Made by a program: the position numbers and the translations under genes. 18,742 bases of DNA from a bacterium (GTDB lineage: Bacteria; Hinthialibacterota; Hinthialibacteria; Hinthialibacterales; Hinthialibacteraceae): NCBI GenBank assembly GCA_963663405.2, contig CAXXSM010000049.1:1-18742 (forward strand), read 5' to 3'. Shown here piece by piece: positions 1-7,360 of this stretch. Positions within the stretch are counted from its first letter, which is position 1. Every line of letters starts with the position of its first letter. The notes below the pieces were generated by a model. It ran no database searches. It was not told where the DNA came from and worked only from the letters and a program-made list of their open reading frames with translations.

Positions 1-436
1 GTTTTCGCACCGTGATGGTGTATGTATTATTGAAGCCAAACGGCGGGAGCCATTCGCAATGAAATTGTTTCCGGTATTCCTGTTGAACGGTTTGGAAAAT
101 CACTTCGGTATTCTTAACAGAACTCTTATTAAGAATCGTCATGAACGCCGTTCCCGTATATTCGGGATAGAGATCGATCTCTCCACTGACCAACGCTTGG
201 TGACAGATCATTGTGCCGCCTAGATTGAACATGCGTTCGACTGGCAGGTCCGTATTCTCTTCAATCAACTGAGCCATGATTTCAGCGAGAATAATCTGCT
301 CCGTGAAATTCTTGCAACCGATGACGATCGATTCACCGCGTTCACTTTTCCCGCATTGCGTCATCACAAAGAGAAGACACAGCCCAATAAACACAGAAAC
401 ACATTTCAAATAAATAGTACTGTTTTTCTTAGTCAT
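1..436 (-). CDS. Osmoprotectant (glycine betaine/choline/proline) ABC transporter substrate-binding lipoprotein, OpuBC/OsmF type; 3' part runs off the window
   Basis: Not in the ORF track because it is truncated. ATG at 436 overlaps the permease stop (ATGACTAA). Hand translation is open to base 2: MTKKNSTIYLKCVSVFIGLCLLFVMTQCGKSERGESIVIGCKNFTEQIILAEIMAQLIEENTDLPVERMFNLGGTMICHQALVSGEIDLYPEYTGT... The GxKNFTEQ and GEIDLYPEYTGT motifs are typical of this family. It has an N-terminal hydrophobic stretch ending in Cys. Confidence 0.92.
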   Translation of the reverse strand, partial: MTKKNSTIYLKCVSVFIGLCLLFVMTQCGKSERGESIVIGCKNFTEQIILAEIMAQLIEENTDLPVERMFNLGGTMICHQALVSGEIDLYPEYTGTAFMTILNKSSVKNTEVIFQTVQQEYRKQFHCEWLPPFGFNNTYTITVRK

Positions 437-1068
437 GATTCTGTTTCCAAGACAGGCGCCGTTCAATGAAACCAATCCCCGCGTCAATCGCGATCGCCAA
501 AAGTCCAGCCGGAATCGCGCCGAGAAGGATAAGCCGCGTATTGTTCATAGCGAGTCCACGATTGATGAAATCCCCCAATCCTCCCGCGCCGATGAAAGCC
601 GAAAGGGTGGCGATTCCCACGCAGATCACCGCCGCTGTCCGGATCCCCGCGACAATCACGGGTATCGCAAGCGGTAACTCGATTAACCGCAGCCGCTGCG
701 AGTCCGAGAATCCCAATCCCGCCGCCGCTTCCAGCACAAACGCGTCAATTTCCGCGATCCCAATGTAGGTATTCCGCACAATGGGCAACAAGGCGTACAA
801 AAGGAGAGCGATAATCGCAGGGGTCACTCCAATTCCAAAGAAGGGCAATAACAACGCCAATAACGCCAAACTGGAATGGTTTGGATAACGCCGGTAATCG
901 TAAAAATCACATTTCGAATCCAGCCATATCGGGATGCGGCGATCCCCAAAGGGATTCCATTAGAATCGCCCCCACAACGGCGGCGCCGGTTAACAAAACA
1001 TGTTCACCCGTTTTTTCCCATAATTGAGGCAATCGATCGATTAAAAACGGCCAGAAAGAATCATTCAT
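429..1068 (-). CDS. Osmoprotectant ABC transporter permease (OpuBB/ProW type), with two apparent 1-bp deletions near 959 and 873
   Basis: ORF 429-869 has the EAA loop (EAAAGLGFSDSQRLRLIELPLA) and GAGGLG. The real start is likely ATG 1068, an ATGA overlap with the ATPase stop: MNDSFWPFLIDRLPQLWEKTGEHVLLTG..., then in shifted frames GIPLGIAASR...VIQTIP / SLALLALL. Adding two bases gives 214 codons. Confidence 0.88.
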
Positions 1069-1826
1069 GCTTTACAGTCTTGAACCAAGCGCAGCTGGTT
1101 GATGGGTTTTTCAAATAAATCCCGGACAAACGAAGTTGCGGGAGCCTGTAACAACTCGCTGGGAGGAGCGGCTTGCTCAATGCGCCCTTGATTCATCACG
1201 GCGATACGATCGGCGATCATCAGCGCTTCGAAGAGATCATGTGTCACAAAGACAATCGTTTTGGTGACACGGCGCCGGATGCGGATCAATTCCTGCTGCA
1301 ATACATCCCGTGTGATCGCGTCCAATGCGCCGAACGGTTCATCCATCAGCAAATAGTCTGGATCGGCGGCCAAGGCGCGCGCGACGCCAACCCGCTGTTT
1401 CTGCCCCCCCGACAGTTCATGAGGATACCGCATGGCGAAATCCGCAGGATTGAGCCCCACTAGTTCAAGCAGTTCTACTGCTTTTTGATTCCGTTCTTTG
1501 AGAGAATGCCCAAGAAGCCGGAGGACAATGGTCACGTTCTGCTCAATAGTCAAATGGGGAAATAGACCGATCCCCTGGAAGACATACCCAATGGAGCGCC
1601 TCAATTCAACGGGATCCATCGCCGCCGTATCGCGTCCATCGATCTCAATCGAACCGGCGGTCGGTTGAATCAATCGATTGATCATCTTGAGAGTTGTAGT
1701 TTTTCCACAACCCGACAGACCGAGTAAAACAAGAGTCTCCCCTTTTTGAATTTCGAGAGAGAGATCATGAACGACAAAATTTTGTCCTTCATCAAAGGAC
1801 TTGGAGACATTTGAAAAACGGATCAT
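1065..1826 (-). CDS. Osmoprotectant ABC transporter ATP-binding subunit (OpuBA/ProV type, no CBS domains)
   Basis: Walker A GLSGCGKT, the typical TTLKMINRLI and IGYVFQGIGLFPH segments, signature LSGGQKQR, Walker B LLMDEPFGALD and H-loop FVTHD. Confidence 0.95.
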   Translation of the reverse strand: MIRFSNVSKSFDEGQNFVVHDLSLEIQKGETLVLLGLSGCGKTTTLKMINRLIQPTAGSIEIDGRDTAAMDPVELRRSIGYVFQGIGLFPHLTIEQNVTIVLRLLGHSLKERNQKAVELLELVGLNPADFAMRYPHELSGGQKQRVGVARALAADPDYLLMDEPFGALDAITRDVLQQELIRIRRRVTKTIVFVTHDLFEALMIADRIAVMNQGRIEQAAPPSELLQAPATSFVRDLFEKPINQLRLVQDCKA

Positions 1827-1837
1827 CGATTACACAA

Positions 1838-2653
1838 TCAATGCAAGGTTTCGTACCACGTTCGTGGTAAATCTTTATTTTTCTGGCCAATCACGGCGTA
1901 ATAATAGAGAGGCTTATGTTCGATCGAGAGGCGGTGCTGATATTTTTCCTGGGCTGTGATCGTAAGAATTCCTTCATCCATCATGCGGCGGATTAAATTC
2001 GAGAAGCCGGAATTGTCATCTGGGCCGAGAAACTGATCTTTGATGTTGAAGGCGATCCAGCCATTTTCCTCAATGAGATTAAACGCTTTCGCAAACGCCA
2101 AGGGAGGCAGATCGCCGAATCCCAACGCGGCGACTGAGACGAGGCTGTTTAATCGCTGCCGCAGAATCGCTTCTTCAATATCCTCCGGCATATCGGTTAG
2201 ATCCAGAGCGTAGTATTTATCATACACAGCAGGGCGATCGCGATACGCGGCGAGTTTGGCTTCAATTAAAATATCAACACCGACGATCTTATCCACTCCC
2301 AAATCGTTCAGTTCTTCTCCTACCATGCCGTTCCCCGCGCCGATTTCGAACACGGACAATTCGGAGGGAGGCGTATTCTGTTTTTCAATTTCGTGAATCA
2401 ATCGTTTACAGACTACTTTGGGAGAACAGCAGCCTAAATGTTCGTAGAATATCTTTTCATACAGGCCGGGAATCGAGAACACTTCATCGTAGTCATGAAA
2501 TCGGATCCGTTTTTCCACGCCATCCATCGTGATGACACAATACTCTTGATCCTGGGTATACGATTTTTCGGTTTTAGGAAATTTGATCTCAATCTCATCG
2601 CTGACAGTAAAAAGCGGGACGATGTCGGCGTCATTTGCACTCTTTGAACTCAT
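1838..2653 (-). CDS. Class I SAM-dependent methyltransferase, substrate unknown
   Basis: 271-aa ORF with motif I VFEIGAGNG and an acidic residue at the end of the next strand (IVGVDIL). SD TAAGGAG at 2670-2664. Only 11 bp separate it from the ABC ATPase. Confidence 0.85.
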   Translation of the reverse strand: MSSKSANDADIVPLFTVSDEIEIKFPKTEKSYTQDQEYCVITMDGVEKRIRFHDYDEVFSIPGLYEKIFYEHLGCCSPKVVCKRLIHEIEKQNTPPSELSVFEIGAGNGMVGEELNDLGVDKIVGVDILIEAKLAAYRDRPAVYDKYYALDLTDMPEDIEEAILRQRLNSLVSVAALGFGDLPPLAFAKAFNLIEENGWIAFNIKDQFLGPDDNSGFSNLIRRMMDEGILTITAQEKYQHRLSIEHKPLYYYAVIGQKNKDLPRTWYETLH

Positions 2654-2689
2654 GATTTAGAAACTCCTTATGTTAGGATTGAATAAGAT

Positions 2690-2707
2690 TTATTCGTGCA
2701 CAAAATA
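2690..2707. promoter_or_regulatory. Putative EctR/CosR-type operator, copy 1 (TTATTCGT-GC-ACAAAATA), upstream of the methyltransferase-ABC operon
   Basis: Imperfect 8-2-8 palindrome about 37 bp upstream of the methyltransferase ATG. Shares the core TTCGTGYACAAA with copy 2 at 3270-3287. Confidence 0.65.
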
Positions 2708-2732
2708 TTAAACTAAAAAATTTTGGGGTTAA

Positions 2733-3236
2733 TCAGACCTCTTCATCAGACGGTTGATCAATCGGACCTGAAATGAGAATGGGTGACGCTTCGATTTCTT
2801 TTGCTTCCATCATGGAAGCAATCCGTTGAAGTGTCGAAAGCAATGAATTCTGTTCCCATTCTTCAAGTTTATTGAACTCATTAATAAATCGCTCTTGTAA
2901 TAAAGAAGGGGCATTGCTCAGCATTTCCTGCCCCCATGATGTCAGATTCACAACCAACTGTCTTTTGTCTTGTTCGTTTCGTTTCTTTTCTATATATCCA
3001 CGTTTTTCCAATCGTTTAATAATCTCAGTCGTAGTAGCATTGCTAAGATTGATACGCTTGGCGATTTCGTTTAGTGGAAGATCCCCTTTGCGATTCAGTT
3101 CATTCATTAAAAGCAGCTGCGGTCCAGTAATTCCGTAATTCCGGATTAAATCTTTTGAATGAAGATCAATCGCCCGCATGATTCTCCAGATCGCGATAAG
3201 AACCTTTTCAGAAAGCCGATCATTTGTCCGTTCCAT
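2733..3236 (-). CDS. ectR: MarR family transcriptional regulator, EctR1/CosR subfamily (compatible-solute regulator)
   Basis: Winged HTH (ITGPQLLLM...LSNATTTEIIKRLEKRGYI...DKR) plus the subfamily-like segments RIMRAIDLHSKDL and LQERF...LEEWEQNSLLSTLQRIASMMEAKEIEASPIL. It is adjacent to an osmoprotectant transporter. Confidence 0.85.
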   Translation of the reverse strand: MERTNDRLSEKVLIAIWRIMRAIDLHSKDLIRNYGITGPQLLLMNELNRKGDLPLNEIAKRINLSNATTTEIIKRLEKRGYIEKKRNEQDKRQLVVNLTSWGQEMLSNAPSLLQERFINEFNKLEEWEQNSLLSTLQRIASMMEAKEIEASPILISGPIDQPSDEEV

Positions 3237-3261
3237 GTTTTTATACCCGTTTCACATATCT

Positions 3262-3287
3262 ATTATAAATAGTTTGTACACGAAATA
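3262..3287 (-). promoter_or_regulatory. Putative -10 box (TATAAT, 3267-3262) and adjacent autoregulatory operator, copy 2 (minus strand TATTTCGT-GT-ACAAACTA, 3287-3270)
   Basis: A consensus TATAAT lies 25 bp upstream of the marR ATG, with an 8-2-8 pseudopalindrome immediately upstream of it. No good -35 box was seen. Confidence 0.65.
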
Positions 3288-3436
3288 TAGGGGTATAGAA
3301 ATTTTATAAATTGATCATACGTTGACGCGGTCATCAAGCAAGATTAGGAATTATGATTGGAGAGTAAAAATCTGTTTCTGACTCATCTCACGAGCCTATA
3401 TGGTTATTATCGGTTACCCGATATCTAAATATTAAA

Positions 3437-4184
3437 TCAATAAATACAGGAATCGTACAAAGATGATTTCTTAATCTCTATATCCTTATTAATGTAACGT
3501 TTAGTTATGTCTTCTACGACTTCGGCGAACCAATTTGGTGAAGTAGGCGATATAATGACAGAATGAATTATATCCGTTATTTTGACGTCAACGATCATTT
3601 CTTCTAGAGAATTATCCCAATCGATTTTACCTTCGCTGCTAGGTATATTATGGATTAATACTCGAACTTCTTTTTCATGGGAAAAACTCATTCTTTTATG
3701 TAAAAAGGAATTAAAAACTATACTTGGATTGATAACGCCTTTGTCGTAGTCTAAATAATTAATCCTACCTATATAGAATGGAAGATCATATAGGAGAGAT
3801 GCTTTTAATCTAGATACTGTCGATGTAATTGCAATAGCTGTACCTTGTTCACCATATAAGTCCCACATTGCGGCGGATTCGAATTCATTTTCATGCCAAC
3901 AATTTATAAACATCCCCTTTTTCATATCTGGATAGAAATCCAGTAATATCTGCGGAATATTCGAGTCTTTTGAACCATAATATTCAGCACATTCTACAGA
4001 TTTATAAAAGTCAACTACGGGTTTAGTCAAAACTCCTTCCCATGGATCACGGAATTTGTCTGATCGGCAGAAATAAAGTTGTGATTTCGTAACAAGAAAA
4101 TAAAAACTTATCAAGTGATAGGTATCTCCAGAGTAGTACATCATCATCCGGAGTCTCAAAAGATTCATGTTCTTCGTAGGGCAT
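3437..4184 (-). CDS. DUF2971-like protein, with one apparent 1-bp insertion near 4097-4108
   Basis: ORF 3437-4168 carries LYFCRSDKFRDPWEG, INCWHENEFESAAMWDLYG and KRMSFSHEKEVR. A better N-terminus is in another frame from ATG 4184 (SD-like AAGGTG near 4198-4193): MPYEEHESFETPDDDVLLWRYLSLDKFLF, joining LVTKSQLYF. Removing one base gives 249 codons. The gene is visibly AT-richer than its neighbours. Confidence 0.75.
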
Positions 4185-4212
4185 AATAATTACACCTTAA
4201 TTAAAATTATTT

Positions 4213-5929
4213 TTACCCTTTCGCTTCAATTTTTTTCCATGAATCTCTCAGCGGAACGGTCCGGTTGAAGACGGGATGATCTAGAGTGGAATCTGGATCT
4301 TTACAGAAATATCCCAGGCGTTCGAACTGGCAACGATAGCCAGGTTTCTACTGACGCAAGGCTTGGTTCTAGGTAGCACTCATGGATCACAGTCATTGAA
4401 TCAGGATTGATGTTATCCTTCCAATCCTGGCCTTTTTCGACATCGTAGGGATCTTCTTTGGAAAAGAGATATTCGTAAAGGCGCGCTTCGGCTTTAACGG
4501 CATGTTTGGCGGACAACCCAGTGGAGCGTTCCCTTCACTTTACGCCCATCCGGGGCGTCGCCTCCCCGCGTCGCAGGATCGTAGGTACAACGGAGTTCAA
4601 TAATTTCCCCGTTCTCGTTTTTAACCGCTTCCTGACAGGTGATGAAATACGCATAGCGGAGCCGCACTTCCCGGCCAGGCGCCAAACGGAAGAATTTACG
4701 GGGAGGATTTTCCATGAAATCACTCCGCTCAATATACAATTCTCTAGAGAATGGAACGTTCCGCATCCCTGCCGATTCGTCTTCAGGATTGTTGATCGCG
4801 TCCAGTTCCTCTTCCTGATCTTCTGGATAGTTGGTAATGACAACTTTGAGAGGATCTAAGACCGCCATCACGCGGGGAGCCGTTTTGTTGAGATGTTCGC
4901 GGAGGCAGTGTTCGAGCTGCTGGATTTCAACGACGCCGTCGCTTTTGCTGATACCGATTCGCCGGCAGAATTCTCGCATCGCTTCCGGTGTGAACCCCCG
5001 GCGCCGCATCCCGCAAAGCGTAGGCAAGCGGGGATCATCCCAACCTGACACATACCCCCCTTCGATGAGTTCCCGCAGCCAGCGTTTGCTCAAGACGGTA
5101 TATGTGAGATTCAACCGGCCGAACTCGTATTGCCGGGGATGGTAGACTTCCAGCGCGTCAAGAAAACCAGTCGTATAACGGGCGATGATTCTCAAAACCA
5201 ATATCACAAATCGAATGCGTGATTCCTTCGATTGAATCAGATTGCCCCATGCGTCCAATCATACATGGGGTAAATCACCCATTCGTTCCCTGTACGATAG
5301 TGTTCGGCCCGCATGATTCGATACATGACTGGATCACGCATATTCAGATTTGGATGGGCCATGTCGATTTTCGCCCGAAGCGTTTTTGAACCATTCGGAA
5401 ATTCACCCGCGCGCATTCGTTCAAAAAGATCAAGATTCTCTTCAACCGAACGGTTCCTGTACGGGCTATCCTTGCCAGGAGGGGTTTCGCGTTTTCCATC
5501 ATCTGTGAATACCGTGGTTCCGCGATACTCCCGGATTTCATCCTCATTCAAGTCACAAACATATGCTTTTCCCTTTTTAATCAAATCAACCGCCCCATTC
5601 AAACAATTGGCCGAAATAGTCTGAGGCGTAGAACAACCGGTCTTCCCAATCAAATCCGAGCCAACGGATATCCTCTTGGATCGCATCGACGAATTCCGTT
5701 TTCTCCTTGGTTGGATTGGTGTCATCAAAGCGGAGGTTATAAAGACCGCCGAATTCCTCCGCCGCGCCAAACGTGAGACAGATCGCTTTGGCGTGGCCGA
5801 TATGCAAGTAGCCGTTCGGATTCACGGAGGAAAGCGGGTATGGACACGTTCGCATTTGCCGTCTTTCAGATCTTTCGCGATGATCTCGCGGATAAAGTCA
5901 GTCGGTTGAGGTGTTGCGTTTTCTGGCAT
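4213..5929 (-). CDS. glnS: Glutamine--tRNA ligase, split over several frames by about 7 single-base insertions (probably sequencing error)
   Basis: ATG 5929 (GGAG at 5940-5937) gives [17 protein letters not shown]...HTRFPP. Then [11 protein letters not shown] (HIGH motif), [63 protein letters not shown], and the C-terminus QFERLGYF...[18 protein letters not shown] (TAA 4215-4213). Shifts occur near 5823, 5593, 5245, 5163, 4515 and 4346. Removing 7 bases gives 570 codons. Confidence 0.95.
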
Positions 5930-6057
5930 TCAAGCGCTCCAATATAGTAAAGATTAATGATATGGTTCTATCGATTCCTATTGGTTTTAATACGGACCAG
6001 CCTGTTTTCGTTCGTCAGCCAGCGGCGCGGGGGGAAAGCGGCTTGGTTTGGGGAATT

Positions 6058-6288
6058 CTATTCGACGACTTTCATGAGTTTATCCATATCGGCATTCGAT
6101 ACCCGGATCGTGGTTGGACCGGAGCCGGACAACCGTTCCAAATCCCAACCATTTCCCACAAGACCGGTCACGCGATACCGGGCGCCATGACAAATAGCAT
6201 CCACGCTCCTTCTCGATACGGAGGACGTTTCTTTAACATCTCGAACAAACTCAACAACGTTACCTATAGAACAAAATAACTCGCGCAT
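6058..6288 (-). CDS. Small hypothetical protein (~76 aa)
   Basis: Lies within track ORF 6058-6339. The more likely start is ATG 6288, preceded by a G-rich SD (GAGGGGG): MRELFCSIGNVVEFVRDVK...KLMKVVE. It fills the gap between co-oriented genes. No family was recognised. Confidence 0.55.
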   Translation of the reverse strand: MRELFCSIGNVVEFVRDVKETSSVSRRSVDAICHGARYRVTGLVGNGWDLERLSGSGPTTIRVSNADMDKLMKVVE

Positions 6289-6348
6289 AACCGGCCCCCT
6301 CACCAGAATCCTGCTGGATAGATTCCAAGCGAAGATCAAGCCATTATT

Positions 6349-6815
6349 TCATTCAATCGGACAATATAAATCGAGGATAATCTCCTTTTCGGAAGCGCGG
6401 GGATCATGGACTTTTTCTAGTTCGTGAACGTTGCGCCATTGGTATTGGCATTGGTCCGATTGGACCCATTTCCACAATTTCATCCATGTGTCTCCCACTT
6501 GCGAAAGATCCCGGCATGTCGTTACAGCGTACAATCCCCCGGGAAAACTCTTTTGCTTCCACCTTGACCACCCACCTCGATCTCCGGACCGATTTGGATC
6601 CAAAATTCGTAGCCATACTCCTTTTTACCGGGTGAAGGCTGTGGATTGTTAAATCCGAAGACTGGATGGTTCTCTGCATCATCGAGCAGTCCTATTGGTT
6701 CAGCCCATGCGCAGAGTATCTTCCATGCGTCATTTTCCGGACTCTCACTAACAACCCGCGCGCTGGCTACGCGCATCGGTTTCAACTCCACAATTCGCAC
6801 ATCTAACTCGGTCAT
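6349..6815 (-). CDS. Stand-alone GyrI-like / AraC effector-binding domain protein, with two apparent 1-bp insertions near 6565 and 6545
   Basis: MTELDVRIVELKPMRVAS...VFGFNNPQPSPGKKEYGYEFWI (ORF 6522-6815) continues through VEAKEF into PGGLYAVTTC...WMKLWKWV...ELEK...LDLYCPIE (ORF 6349-6603). SD GGGAG lies upstream. Removing two bases gives 154 aa. Confidence 0.88.
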
Positions 6816-7012
6816 CCGAAACTCCCACTCTCAGTTTATAACAGAACTGGTATTCCACCATTTCAAAACAGGATCTTACTGATAGAGGAACTATCGTCTT
6901 CACAAGTCAAATGAATATAATACAAAGCTAGATAGTACTAAATTCTGTAGTATCCTGAAGATATTATTACGTTATCGGCATAGCGCCGATTTGTCCTTAT
7001 TGATTGTAATGG

Positions 7013-7072
7013 GGAGAGATTATAGTATCAGCCGAGTTTCGATTCTATAACTGCCACAAAAGCAGTCTCTCT
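7013..7072. ncRNA. Candidate structured RNA element (three-way junction); family unknown
   Basis: Hand-folded: P1 7014-7019/7066-7071, P2 7020-7029/7041-7050 (one mismatch), P3 7051-7054/7062-7065. It is intergenic, with a minus-strand TATACT at 7086-7081 just upstream. Confidence 0.3.
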
Positions 7073-7159
7073 ACGAGATCAGTATAGCCTTTCGAAAGAG
7101 AATCAAGAAGTCAACAATCATCTAGAAAAGGAGTATAAACAATCCCGAACTGTTGTTTT

Positions 7160-7327
7160 TTATTCAACGCCATTATCGATAATGATTAGAAAATAATTGG
7201 CATTGGATGACACGGAAACCACTTCCCAGCCATCTTCTAAATGATCATTCAGATATTTCACCGGTTTCGCGTATTCAGATTTATCCATTGGAAGATGATC
7301 TGGATACACAACAATACATTTCTGCAT
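7160..7327 (-). CDS. 55-aa small protein, DUF4177-like
   Basis: Shorter than any ORF in the track. Hand translation: MQKCIVVYPDHLPMDKSEYAKPVKYLNDHLEDGWEVVSVSSNANYFLIIIDNGVE*. SD AGGGAG lies upstream. The LNxxxxxGWEVVS motif resembles DUF4177. It starts 33 bp after the stop of the large CotH gene. Confidence 0.75.
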   Translation of the reverse strand: MQKCIVVYPDHLPMDKSEYAKPVKYLNDHLEDGWEVVSVSSNANYFLIIIDNGVE

Positions 7328-7360
7328 TTTCTCTCCCTTCTTTCCATAGTGTCTATAACA

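Noticed and set aside
4213-5929. glnS as a true pseudogene or a programmed-frameshift gene
   Set aside because: The ~7 shifts have no common slippery motif, the protein motifs and RBS are intact, and neighbouring unrelated genes show the same indels. Sequencing error is more parsimonious.
5930-6057. Possible T-box or other leader upstream of glnS (GC-rich patch ~6015-6055)
   Set aside because: There is no T-box consensus, specifier stem or terminator/antiterminator pair, and the gap is short.
6881-6910. GATAG-AGGAA-CTATC palindrome next to a minus-strand TTGACT, as a MerR-type promoter for the GyrI-like gene
   Set aside because: The arms are only 5 bp, there is no convincing -10 at 17-20 bp spacing, and no cognate regulator is in the window.
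7025-7045. GAAAC and CTGAT segments on the minus strand suggesting a hammerhead ribozyme
   Set aside because: The CUGANGA core is incomplete and the helix arrangement does not fit a hammerhead.
7171-7184. Perfect 14-bp palindrome CATTATCGATAATG
   Set aside because: It lies inside the 55-aa CDS, is single-copy and is AT-rich, so it is likely chance.
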